The notes under the pieces: model-generated | Databases searched by the model: none | Told to the model about the DNA's origin: nothing | What the model saw: only the letters and a program-made list of their open reading frames with translations | Origin: an uncultured virus (IMG/VR IMGVR_UViG_3300036769_000405) | Lineage: Duplodnaviria > Heunggongvirae > Uroviricota > Caudoviricetes | Length of the DNA stretch: 64,000 nucleotides | IMG/VR virus record: IMGVR_UViG_3300036769_000405 | Strand: one strand, 5' to 3' | Position numbers and translations under genes: made by a program | In this document: positions 8,675-17,567 of the stretch, piece by piece | How positions within the stretch are numbered: the stretch's first letter is position 1 | How the letters are laid out: every line of letters begins with the position of its first letter

Positions 8675-10048
8675 ATGAATAAACCATTATCTTTTATATT
8701 CGAAGGAGTTCGATATACAACACTTTTTTGCGATGATGAATATTTGAGATCAGCACTTGAGCCTGGTTCGAATGTTGTTAACTGTATGACACTACAGGCA
8801 AGTGGTGGATTCAGTAAGGCATTCAAACAGGTATATGGAATTCAGGTACGGGACATTCCTATCATTGGTAATCCAGTCATTAACAAAAACAGTAATATCT
8901 TTATCGTTTCCGGTACAGCTGTTATTGATGGGATGGAACGAAATGTTCAGATTCTTGAAGATAAGGTTGTGATTGAAGATTTAATACCTGATCCTACTGT
9001 TGAGGATTCAGATGCAATTCAGGATCAAGTAACAGAAAAACATAATGATCAAATTGAGGTAGAAGATCCTCATGAACAACTGGATCCTACTATTCAACAG
9101 GAGTTTATTGAGACTGTTGAAAACAAACCCCTATCCCCTATCCCTGATGTAGTTGCTGAGAAAACGACTGAGTTAAGTACTGAACCTGCTGTAAATACAT
9201 TGATTACTGATATACAAGATGAACAACAGTCTAAAGTTAAAGCAAAGATTCTTGTTGTCGGTGACGGTTCTATTAGTGCTAAGAAACAATTGCTCGAGAG
9301 TTTTGCATCAGAAGCACCTGTTAGTCCTAAAATAATCTTACCGCCTGAAAATGTTGAAGAATCTCTGGTCGAACGCGCTCTTAATGCATGTGATGTTTCT
9401 GTAGGTGTTTCTTTTGGACCACTTGCAACAGACGGTATATCAGCTTTGACTGATAATGAATTTATTGTTGGATCTTTATGCCCTAACAACAAAGGTTGCA
9501 TGTTTGGCTTTCAAGTTCCTAAATACGTAAAGAATCGTTTCAAGGCTGCCCGTAAGGAGCAGATTCCTAAAGAAGAGGTTAAAGTTGAAAAACCTGCTCC
9601 TGCCCATGAGAAAAGGCACATCATGACTGATGAAGAACTGGAAGCAGTATGGAAGCAAACTTCAGAACCAGATACTACAGAACGTTGGGAAGAAGCTACA
9701 GCTACAGAAGAAGATTCTATTGAGGATGAACCAACAGTCGACAATAAAGCTTTAAAAGAACAGTTAAGATCAAAGTTCACTTCTGAAGTCAATGCAGTTA
9801 TTGGAGATATTCCGCACTCTATTCTTGGTGGTATTACGGAGTTCACTACAAATCCTGTTAATGAAGAAAAGTTGAAAGAACAGGGTAATTTGTACTGTAT
9901 TGATAATCGGTGGCATAAGTGTGGTAACTGGTATTGCATTGATGTTGTTAACGACTCAGCACGATACTTCTTCAACTCTAAAAGCAATGTATCAATTGAA
10001 ATCCCAGTTCAGGATTTGAAAGAATGGCTTGAGGCTGTAACATCTTAA
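8675..10048 (+). CDS. Hypothetical acidic protein with low-complexity linkers
   Basis: 457-aa ORF, E/D/P-rich middle. Confidence 0.7.
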   Translation: MNKPLSFIFEGVRYTTLFCDDEYLRSALEPGSNVVNCMTLQASGGFSKAFKQVYGIQVRDIPIIGNPVINKNSNIFIVSGTAVIDGMERNVQILEDKVVIEDLIPDPTVEDSDAIQDQVTEKHNDQIEVEDPHEQLDPTIQQEFIETVENKPLSPIPDVVAEKTTELSTEPAVNTLITDIQDEQQSKVKAKILVVGDGSISAKKQLLESFASEAPVSPKIILPPENVEESLVERALNACDVSVGVSFGPLATDGISALTDNEFIVGSLCPNNKGCMFGFQVPKYVKNRFKAARKEQIPKEEVKVEKPAPAHEKRHIMTDEELEAVWKQTSEPDTTERWEEATATEEDSIEDEPTVDNKALKEQLRSKFTSEVNAVIGDIPHSILGGITEFTTNPVNEEKLKEQGNLYCIDNRWHKCGNWYCIDVVNDSARYFFNSKSNVSIEIPVQDLKEWLEAVTS

Positions 10049-10061
10049 TAAGGAGAAACAT

Positions 10062-10730
10062 ATGGCAGGTATTAATGATGTACTTCGCAATATGAGAAAA
10101 GCTGGTAAAGTTCAGGATATGAAAGAGAAGGGTGATCTTGGTGAAGAAGCTGTCTTAGCTGTCTGTTATGATAGAAAAGAACAAGCTGGTGTTGGATTAC
10201 TTTACCAATCATTCATGTACCCTTATCAGACAGACAGATCTGGAGTTTGTTACACAGGTAATATAAAATTTGAGAATGGTGATTTTGTAGAGTACACAAA
10301 AGATTCTATAAATGATGAAATTGATGTACTCTATATAACACCTTATCGTATATTTACGATTGAAGTGAAAAGTTACCATGCACGAACGCTTGATGTTTAT
10401 GAGCACTGGTTCAATAAGAATTCTACACCAGTAGATAAGTCTCCTGTGATGCAAGCTGAGAAACACGCACGACACCTCTATCATGCTATATACACTGTAT
10501 TACCTGATGGTAACCCATCATATATTCAGCCAATGGTTTGTTTTGTAGATAGATGTAAAGTACGCGATGATCGTTCTCAACATTTTGTTGATTATGTGCC
10601 TGTTTGTGTTCTAAACAATTTATTAGCAACAATAAACAAATACAACACTCCGTTGGAATACAATCTTGATCTTGAACAGATTGAGCGTAAACTTAATGAA
10701 GTTAAAGTAAGTATTAAGCGCATATTGTAA
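10062..10730 (+). CDS. NERD-family PD-(D/E)xK nuclease
   Basis: KGDLGEEAV, EIDVLYIT...IFTIEVKSY, SPVMQA are typical NERD motifs. Confidence 0.8.
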   Translation: MAGINDVLRNMRKAGKVQDMKEKGDLGEEAVLAVCYDRKEQAGVGLLYQSFMYPYQTDRSGVCYTGNIKFENGDFVEYTKDSINDEIDVLYITPYRIFTIEVKSYHARTLDVYEHWFNKNSTPVDKSPVMQAEKHARHLYHAIYTVLPDGNPSYIQPMVCFVDRCKVRDDRSQHFVDYVPVCVLNNLLATINKYNTPLEYNLDLEQIERKLNEVKVSIKRIL

Positions 10731-10746
10731 CTTTGTTAGTTGCTAT

Positions 10747-10774
10747 TATTTGCAAGTACATGTATATATTATTG
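10747..10774 (+). promoter_or_regulatory. Putative promoter motif TATTT-N11-TATATA-N4-TG
   Basis: Same spacing recurs at 26915 and 48621 in intergenic gaps. Confidence 0.5.
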
Positions 10775-10829
10775 TAAGGAGTTATTATTGTATATGACTC
10801 CTTGCAATAATAAAAGCGGAGGTTTTTAT

Positions 10830-11192
10830 ATGATTAGCAATGAATTATTAAGTAAGCTCTATATGATGTCTGGTGTAACAAACCCATCTCATGTTACAGA
10901 GGCTGCTTGTACACACTATGCACATCTTATTAACGCTGTGAATACGGATACCGATGATCAGATTATTGAGAAATCTAAAGCTGCTTTAGTTTCTGCACTA
11001 CATGATCTATCTATCCATAAGACTAACAGCAATGCTTTATTCTTAAGTACTTACATGCTCGGTAAGAGTTATGTTGAAACTCTAATAGAACATAATATTG
11101 TATCTCGTAAGCTTTGTGTTTTTGAAACAAAAGTCTATAATGATCCTAATGATAAGACAATAAGTTTCGTTGTTGAAATAGCGGAGGATTAG
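10830..11192 (+). CDS. Hypothetical protein
   Basis: GGAGG SD supports ATG 10830. Confidence 0.65.
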   Translation: MISNELLSKLYMMSGVTNPSHVTEAACTHYAHLINAVNTDTDDQIIEKSKAALVSALHDLSIHKTNSNALFLSTYMLGKSYVETLIEHNIVSRKLCVFETKVYNDPNDKTISFVVEIAED

Positions 11193-11194
11193 TT

Positions 11195-11458
11195 ATGAGG
11201 ATCCTATGTGCAGAACTTGATCATTTAAAGACATGTCAGGTTATTGAAATAACCTGTGCTGGTTACCATGATATGTACAAATTTGGTGATGGTACTGATA
11301 CGAGTATGAAAGGTCTTTATGTTGTTGATACACAAGGTAATTATCTTTTATTTAAACATGTACCGATGCCGACTTGTAATGAGATTTGTCATACATTAGC
11401 AGAGAAAGGTTTTATTGATCTCAGAAAATATGGATCTTACATAACACTTTCTATTTAA
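11195..11458 (+). CDS. Hypothetical protein
   Basis: 87 aa, GGAGG SD. Confidence 0.65.
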   Translation: MRILCAELDHLKTCQVIEITCAGYHDMYKFGDGTDTSMKGLYVVDTQGNYLLFKHVPMPTCNEICHTLAEKGFIDLRKYGSYITLSI

Positions 11459-11476
11459 CTTAGGAGGATTTTTACT

Positions 11477-11857
11477 ATGCCAAAAGAAATGAAATCAAAA
11501 GTAAAAAGAAATAAAGTTGCTCCTAGAACTAAAGATATTATTTTACAGAAGTTCTGTAATGAGGAGCAGTTGAATATTATCAAGAAACAGATCAAGGCAG
11601 GAGCTGTTTTTATTGTTCTCGGCTCTGAATTTACAGATACTGATATGTTCTACAAAGGACTTATGCAATTAATGTATGCACCTACATCCAATGGTGCATG
11701 TACTTATGATTCTTATGTGAAATTCAGATATGGTTTTGATCGACCTATAATCACAATTTCTCTGAATGATCGTTGTAATCACAATAAGGTGTATTCTATC
11801 AAGCAACTCAGGAGATACAAAACACTTACACTTTACGCGAACCATGAGGAGGCTTGA
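11477..11857 (+). CDS. Hypothetical basic protein
   Basis: 126 aa, AGGAGG SD. Confidence 0.65.
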   Translation: MPKEMKSKVKRNKVAPRTKDIILQKFCNEEQLNIIKKQIKAGAVFIVLGSEFTDTDMFYKGLMQLMYAPTSNGACTYDSYVKFRYGFDRPIITISLNDRCNHNKVYSIKQLRRYKTLTLYANHEEA

Positions 11858-11861
11858 TTTC

Positions 11862-12401
11862 ATGGATTCAAATATGAAGATTGCTCAGTACATTCTTGAT
11901 TCTATTGGGATTAAGTATACTGATCAAATACCATTTAATGCACGACTTGCTGTAGATGATGTAAAGACTTCTACCTACAACTTGATTAAGTTGAAGAAGT
12001 ATCTGCATGAAGATGGTATGAGAGATCTGTACACTAAGTTACTCATTACTTGGTTGTTACATACAGAACCTCTAGATAGATTCCAATGGGGTGTTAACGC
12101 TGACGGAACACTAACAAATGTTATTTTAAATCAACCATTTGAAAAAGCATTTCCTCACGTGAAATATTTCTGTAAAAATAATTTGTCAGCGTCACCAATA
12201 AACATGATACTCCTGGGTGGTGATGATTTATACTTTAAAGTAGCATGTCAAATTTATGATACCATCGAACAAAAACGACAAGACATTGATGCTTATATCC
12301 TAAAAACAACAGTAGCTTGTCAAGATTATAACTCAAAAGCTCAGGAGATGTTCTCAGGTTCTATGAGAGAGCTATCTACTTATATTAAGGAGGTTTCTTA
12401 G
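11862..12401 (+). CDS. Hypothetical protein
   Basis: GAGGAGG SD supports ATG 11862 within track ORF 11766..12401. Confidence 0.6.
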   Translation: MDSNMKIAQYILDSIGIKYTDQIPFNARLAVDDVKTSTYNLIKLKKYLHEDGMRDLYTKLLITWLLHTEPLDRFQWGVNADGTLTNVILNQPFEKAFPHVKYFCKNNLSASPINMILLGGDDLYFKVACQIYDTIEQKRQDIDAYILKTTVACQDYNSKAQEMFSGSMRELSTYIKEVS

Positions 12402-12403
12402 AA

Positions 12404-13042
12404 TTGTTTCCTGCACGTGTATTCTATACTAACGGATTATTGATCATCGAAAATTTAGATACTCACACCACAGAGGGATTCTGGTGCGATGATGTGAAAG
12501 TTCGTAAATCTTTAGATAGTATGTACGAAACTCTTAGAACTTCAAATCTAAAACAACGCATATTTAATGCTGATGTCGAAGTAACTGAGTCACCTAGTCA
12601 AGTGCTTATCACTTCAAGTGATGTCTACAGTGCGCTGGATCACACTGATGCTCTTGAATACTATGTTCGTTTCTTAACTTGGTTACTTAAAGATAACAGC
12701 GTCTCATCTAAGGCAGCAGCTTTGTTAGTATTACAGGAAATAATTCCAGTTCATGCTAACTTAGCTGTAATCGATCCGTCTGCTCCTATCTTTGAGCGAA
12801 TGATTGAATCTTATTTGAGAAAAATTCTCAGTGATAGTAAAACAATTGAGATGTTAGATACTGAGTTGTATAAAGTAGGGGTTGTCACAGAATACTTGTT
12901 TGATACAGAAGCAAGCAATAAAATACTATCAAGCGTCACAAGAAAAGAAACTCTTGAAATCAATCGTGTCATTTATAATGGCAAAGATAAGTTTCAAGTT
13001 ATGCTAAGAGGTGGAGTACTCTTAGGTACATTAACACAGTAA
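12404..13042 (+). CDS. Hypothetical protein
   Basis: 212 aa, TTG start with AAGGAGG SD. Confidence 0.65.
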   Translation: MFPARVFYTNGLLIIENLDTHTTEGFWCDDVKVRKSLDSMYETLRTSNLKQRIFNADVEVTESPSQVLITSSDVYSALDHTDALEYYVRFLTWLLKDNSVSSKAAALLVLQEIIPVHANLAVIDPSAPIFERMIESYLRKILSDSKTIEMLDTELYKVGVVTEYLFDTEASNKILSSVTRKETLEINRVIYNGKDKFQVMLRGGVLLGTLTQ

Positions 13043-13055
13043 GGAGGACATTCAA

Positions 13056-13670
13056 ATGTCTAATTTAATTACATTAACCGATGACCAGATTGTGAATGTA
13101 AAACATGTTTTGTTTGGTCTTCAGAAGCAGGCAAATGTAATCAATGAAGCTGTAGTTAAAATTATCGCTTCAGGATTGGTTCGGCACAATGATATCTCTG
13201 CTTTAGATTCTCAGGAATCTATTGTAGCTAGTGCTCAGCAGTTTCTTGAGAAAGTAGTTGCTGATAATGGTTGTTCGTCTGAGGATGATAGGACATTTAT
13301 TATGTTGTTAGCTGGTGAACAGTCATTAGCAAATCTTGATGCACAGGGTCCTAAAAGTGTTTACGTAGAACAGCCGAATCCAGAATCACCTAAGTATCTT
13401 TTCCGTATTTACATGTTAGGTGAAAGCCCGGCAATTACAAGAACAGCTGAAGCTGGTAATTCAGAACTTAACGTTAATCAGGTTGTAACTACACCGGCAT
13501 TCACTGACGATTGCCCATATGACCCTATGGACAGTTATGCAGTTAGAGCAGAAAAGATTAAGAAAGCTATTTTGCCATTAGTTCCGGATATTGTTAAAAC
13601 GGAGATACCGGACAATGATTATGCTCAGGCACTTTGTATGGCTGAGTATTATTACAGACACAAAGATTGA
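13056..13670 (+). CDS. Hypothetical protein
   Basis: 204 aa, AAGGAGG SD. Confidence 0.7.
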   Translation: MSNLITLTDDQIVNVKHVLFGLQKQANVINEAVVKIIASGLVRHNDISALDSQESIVASAQQFLEKVVADNGCSSEDDRTFIMLLAGEQSLANLDAQGPKSVYVEQPNPESPKYLFRIYMLGESPAITRTAEAGNSELNVNQVVTTPAFTDDCPYDPMDSYAVRAEKIKKAILPLVPDIVKTEIPDNDYAQALCMAEYYYRHKD

Positions 13671-13683
13671 TTTTTCATATCGT

Positions 13684-13718
13684 TCTACGTTAATTAGTCC
13701 ATGATTGATTAACGTAGA
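13684..13718. terminator. Intergenic stem-loop
   Basis: TCTACGTTAAT...ATTAACGTAGA inverted repeat. Confidence 0.55.
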
Positions 13719-13758
13719 GCTCCATCAGGAGTTAGTACTTATTATAAAGGAGATAATT

Positions 13759-14751
13759 ATGTTTGTCGTATTTGATTTAGAGACTACAGGGTTTTCTGAA
13801 ATAACTTGTGACGTTATAGAATTCTCTTACATTATGTTTGACTCAAATAACTGCTATGTTAAAGCTGAGCAGTTATACTTCTATTATGAAGGAATGAGTT
13901 GGAGCGAGGAAGCTTATGCTGTTCACAAGATATCCTTAGATTTTCTTAAAACTCAAAAAGATAAGTTCAGAGAAAATCTGATTAAGATGTTTTCAGTATT
14001 GCATCATGCAAATGTTATTGGTCACAATTCTAAGCATTTCGATTGCCCATTCGCTAAAACATGGCTGATGCGTATGGGAATTAGAAACTTAGAGTATGGT
14101 ATCATACAGGATACTATGACAGCCTACAAACCACTGACTCATACAGCAAGAATAAGCTTAAGCAAATTATCAGCTCGCATGGGAATTACTGATGAGCAGG
14201 TAAGGACTCTACTTCCTATCTGGTTTCCTGGCACACAATCAGTACATGCTCATGAAGCAGCTTATGATGTTGTGGAAACAGCTATACTTACATTACGTGG
14301 AATTGAAAAGAAACTGATTTCATTTGAATCACTGGTTCATTTACAGAAAGATGTTTCAGATAATGACATTTCAGGAATGTTTGAATCCGACTCTAAGGAG
14401 AAAGACCCACATGGATTTTTGGTTAAGTTGCTTGATTACAAAGCAAATGCCTCGGAAGCTTACTTGTACTTCGTGAATCATGATAATAGTCAGTTTGCAA
14501 ATGTTATTCCAACGGATGCTGATAAAGACTTGGCTGTGCATGAGCATAAGTACCTTCCACTTCTTTTAAATCAAGAAAGTGGAAATAGCCCTTACTATAC
14601 TATACTTAACAACGGTACAACATATAGACTTAAGAAATTTAACTCAACAATTGGTGATGAGGTTGGTGATGTATTTTCTATTATCACCGAGTATGGTGCT
14701 TTGTCTGATAGCGAAGTAGATATTACAAAAATCATCGAAAGAAATTTTTAA
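13759..14751 (+). CDS. DEDDh 3'-5' exonuclease (DnaQ/epsilon-like) with C-terminal extension
   Basis: VFDLETTG (ExoI), IGHNSKHFD (ExoII), HAHEAAYDV (ExoIII). Confidence 0.88.
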   Translation: MFVVFDLETTGFSEITCDVIEFSYIMFDSNNCYVKAEQLYFYYEGMSWSEEAYAVHKISLDFLKTQKDKFRENLIKMFSVLHHANVIGHNSKHFDCPFAKTWLMRMGIRNLEYGIIQDTMTAYKPLTHTARISLSKLSARMGITDEQVRTLLPIWFPGTQSVHAHEAAYDVVETAILTLRGIEKKLISFESLVHLQKDVSDNDISGMFESDSKEKDPHGFLVKLLDYKANASEAYLYFVNHDNSQFANVIPTDADKDLAVHEHKYLPLLLNQESGNSPYYTILNNGTTYRLKKFNSTIGDEVGDVFSIITEYGALSDSEVDITKIIERNF

Positions 14752-14764
14752 GGAGGTATAGTTT

Positions 14765-15034
14765 ATGTCTAATATATTTGATGACTGCAATACATTAGCA
14801 GAACTAAATGCTGAAAGAATCAAAGCTACTACTTCTGATGTCGATCTTGTTACGATTAACAACATGTATAACGAAAGACGTCAGGAATTACTTACGAGCA
14901 AGAAACCTTTCGTGGTATTGAAACCTGTTATTGTTAAACCACGGGAAGTAACTCGCTACAGTGGCATTCCTATAGTTGGCAGAACGAAGTATCCCGGATG
15001 CATTCAGTTAACAGATTCAGGGTTCTTATATTAA
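14765..15034 (+). CDS. Hypothetical protein
   Basis: 89 aa, AAGGAGG SD, just upstream of primase. Confidence 0.7.
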   Translation: MSNIFDDCNTLAELNAERIKATTSDVDLVTINNMYNERRQELLTSKKPFVVLKPVIVKPREVTRYSGIPIVGRTKYPGCIQLTDSGFLY

Positions 15035-15044
15035 GGAGTTCTGT

Positions 15045-15836
15045 ATGGATAATGCAAATATATTTGCTCAATTACAAGCACTATCAACTTTATCAGAGCA
15101 AACAACAATTATAACTTTACGTAAGCAATTAAACGATATGGTAGCTTGGTTTAAGAATCGAGAAGCGTATCTGGAAGAAGTTACTATCTTTGCAGAAGTT
15201 ATTAGAAATCTGAAAGTGCAAACTTTACTTGATTGTGATTCATTCATGATACAGGATGATTTTAATTTACTTGAGCTTCCTGAAGAATTTGCACATGATT
15301 CTCTCGGTCTATGCAAAGGTAGTGACTACTGCATATTTCAAGGACGCTATGTATATCCAGTTAAAGATGTACACGGAGATGTTATGGGATTATGTGGTTA
15401 TGATAAGTTTTCAGATATGAAATATCTTGACTCTACTAACTTTGGTTATAAAGCAAAGACTTATTCTTGTTGGGGAATGGAGAAATTACCGGAGTATTAC
15501 AGGAATAACAAACCAGTATTCTTTGTTGAAGGAATTGTTTGTGCACTCTATATACGTCAGTGCGGTATGCAATCACTTGCCATGCTTGGTTCAAATGCTA
15601 GTCCATATATCATGGAAATTATGCGACGTTTTGGACCAAGAGCAATTGTTGTTTGTGATTCTGATGAAGCTGGAACAAAGTGTCGCGAACGGTTACGTAG
15701 AAAAGTTCCTATGGTTCGTTGTGTTCAGTCACATATTGCAAAAGATGTCGACGATAGTCGTGAAGTTGATTCCAACTTTATAGTCGAGTTATTAAAGTTA
15801 CAAAATCCATTTTACAACAGTGATTTATTTTCTTAG
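15045..15836 (+). CDS. DnaG-like primase catalytic/TOPRIM core
   Basis: FQGRYVYPVKDVHGDVMGLCG, KYLDS, FVEG, CDSDEAG, KDVDD; no N-terminal Zn finger. Confidence 0.8.
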   Translation: MDNANIFAQLQALSTLSEQTTIITLRKQLNDMVAWFKNREAYLEEVTIFAEVIRNLKVQTLLDCDSFMIQDDFNLLELPEEFAHDSLGLCKGSDYCIFQGRYVYPVKDVHGDVMGLCGYDKFSDMKYLDSTNFGYKAKTYSCWGMEKLPEYYRNNKPVFFVEGIVCALYIRQCGMQSLAMLGSNASPYIMEIMRRFGPRAIVVCDSDEAGTKCRERLRRKVPMVRCVQSHIAKDVDDSREVDSNFIVELLKLQNPFYNSDLFS

Positions 15837-15844
15837 GAGGGTTT

Positions 15845-16144
15845 ATGTTTTATTATAACAAAAGTCCTAAAGTGCAGAAACTTTATGACTACAGAATTAA
15901 GTACAGACTTGCTGATGGGTCTTTGACATATTGTAGACAATCAAGACATCCAAACGTTGATATCTATGATGCTTTATCACATTTGTCTGAAGTGTCTGAA
16001 CTTAATGTCGATCTTCTGAAGTATCATGATCTACAGTATGATAACACTGACAATTTTGATAAAGATGCTTATTTGTATGCACGTGATACACTAAAACGTC
16101 TTGATGATATTGTCAACCATTTAACGATGGAGAGGGAGGATTAA
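15845..16144 (+). CDS. Hypothetical protein
   Basis: 99 aa, AGGAGG SD. Confidence 0.65.
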   Translation: MFYYNKSPKVQKLYDYRIKYRLADGSLTYCRQSRHPNVDIYDALSHLSEVSELNVDLLKYHDLQYDNTDNFDKDAYLYARDTLKRLDDIVNHLTMERED

Positions 16145-16147
16145 CAT

Positions 16148-16462
16148 ATGGAACTTAAGCTAACAGACGTTATCGATACTTTACATAGAAGATGTAGGTA
16201 TCTAATCCAGTATGACAATATCGATAAGATATTTGTAAGATTTGAGGATAACAACGAGACAGTTAGGGTGTTTATCATTCTGAATGATAATCCTGACCCA
16301 GATACATTAACAAGTATTTCTCTACGTTATACTCATTTGTTTGATGATTTATCGCACTTCTACACATTTGAAGTTCTGGGTTCGATTAATTATTTTAAAC
16401 CGAACAAAGATACTTACACTATCTGGAATAAGAATTGTGGATTCATGGGAGTCTACAGGTAA
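16148..16462 (+). CDS. Hypothetical protein (weak resemblance to a degenerate minimal nucleotidyltransferase)
   Basis: 104 aa; NIDKIFV..VRVFIIL layout, but no GS/DxD motif. Confidence 0.45.
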   Translation: MELKLTDVIDTLHRRCRYLIQYDNIDKIFVRFEDNNETVRVFIILNDNPDPDTLTSISLRYTHLFDDLSHFYTFEVLGSINYFKPNKDTYTIWNKNCGFMGVYR

Positions 16463-16475
16463 GGAGGATTATACT

Positions 16476-16862
16476 ATGAGTAATAAAGTTTATCAGACAG
16501 AATTATTCAATGAACTTAGCACTATTGGTAAAGGTCAATTTGCCAGTGCTGTTTCTAACTTAATACAAAATGGAAATGTTAAAGGTGTTGTTCAGGACCA
16601 ATTATTATTCCTAACTGATATTACAACATCTCCTGACATTATCATTACATATTGGACAAACAGTAATGGCAGGGCTGTTGAAGTTCGTGGTCACGGTTTG
16701 CATGTGCAGATCGAAGCAATCGACACTGAAACCAATACCTGTTACATGAATAATAAAGGACATATATGCAACCCGACACTTGAGTATTTCGATGGTCTTA
16801 TTTCAGTACTTGAGGCTGGTGAAGTTGTTTGTATTGTCCCTATTGGTGGAGGTTATGATTAA
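16476..16862 (+). CDS. Hypothetical protein
   Basis: AAGGAGG SD supports ATG 16476. Confidence 0.65.
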   Translation: MSNKVYQTELFNELSTIGKGQFASAVSNLIQNGNVKGVVQDQLLFLTDITTSPDIIITYWTNSNGRAVEVRGHGLHVQIEAIDTETNTCYMNNKGHICNPTLEYFDGLISVLEAGEVVCIVPIGGGYD

Positions 16863-17543
16863 ATGATAGATGATGGATATAGACTTTCTTTTTCAATCAG
16901 CGATGATGGTTTTTCAATCGTTGATAACATTTCTGGTAATGGAATTATTTGTACAAGAGGTTATTTTACTCTTGCTACACTTGATCGTTCAGTTGCCCTT
17001 CAACACATTAAGAATTTACAGGAAGCTCTGCTTTCTTCTACAAAGAAGAGATTGAACTTCAAAGGAACTCCTATTATCAGTTTTGATAAAACAGTTCTTA
17101 TTAGAGAGAATGCTCATTATGATTGGACAATTGGATATGACCGAACAGGTGCAAGTCTCAAGGACAACGTTATACACCCTACACTTACTTTTGATAAAGG
17201 AGTAATACTTTCTTCTATCAACAGAGTGTATGCTGAAATTCTCACAAAGAGTTATGACTTAAGTCCTAAGAGGGATATTGTAAGACGCATTGCAGATGCT
17301 GGACTCCTTGTTTGGGTTTACAAGGGGCACAGTGTTGTGGTTTTTGAGAAAGATGTTTCAGGAAACTGCATGGCAAATTGTATGATCGATGGGGTATATT
17401 TCATGGTTGTAGTCGTTAGTGTATCAAAAGAAATGCAGTTAGCAACTTTGTACACTACCTCACTGGAGGAGTTACTATCAGTTCCACTTGATGATTCTAT
17501 ACTAGCATTCTACGATTATGACGAAAACGCGTTTGATGATTAA
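16863..17543 (+). CDS. Hypothetical protein
   Basis: 226-aa ORF, coupled to the previous stop. Confidence 0.65.
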   Translation: MIDDGYRLSFSISDDGFSIVDNISGNGIICTRGYFTLATLDRSVALQHIKNLQEALLSSTKKRLNFKGTPIISFDKTVLIRENAHYDWTIGYDRTGASLKDNVIHPTLTFDKGVILSSINRVYAEILTKSYDLSPKRDIVRRIADAGLLVWVYKGHSVVVFEKDVSGNCMANCMIDGVYFMVVVVSVSKEMQLATLYTTSLEELLSVPLDDSILAFYDYDENAFDD

Positions 17544-17567
17544 ATAAAATAGGGAGGTTAATCAAAG

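Noticed and set aside
11862..12401. HipA/kinase-like C-lobe resemblance (TWLL...QWGV...FEKAF)
   Set aside because: Catalytic D-x-H-x-x-N and DxE/DFG-type residues are absent
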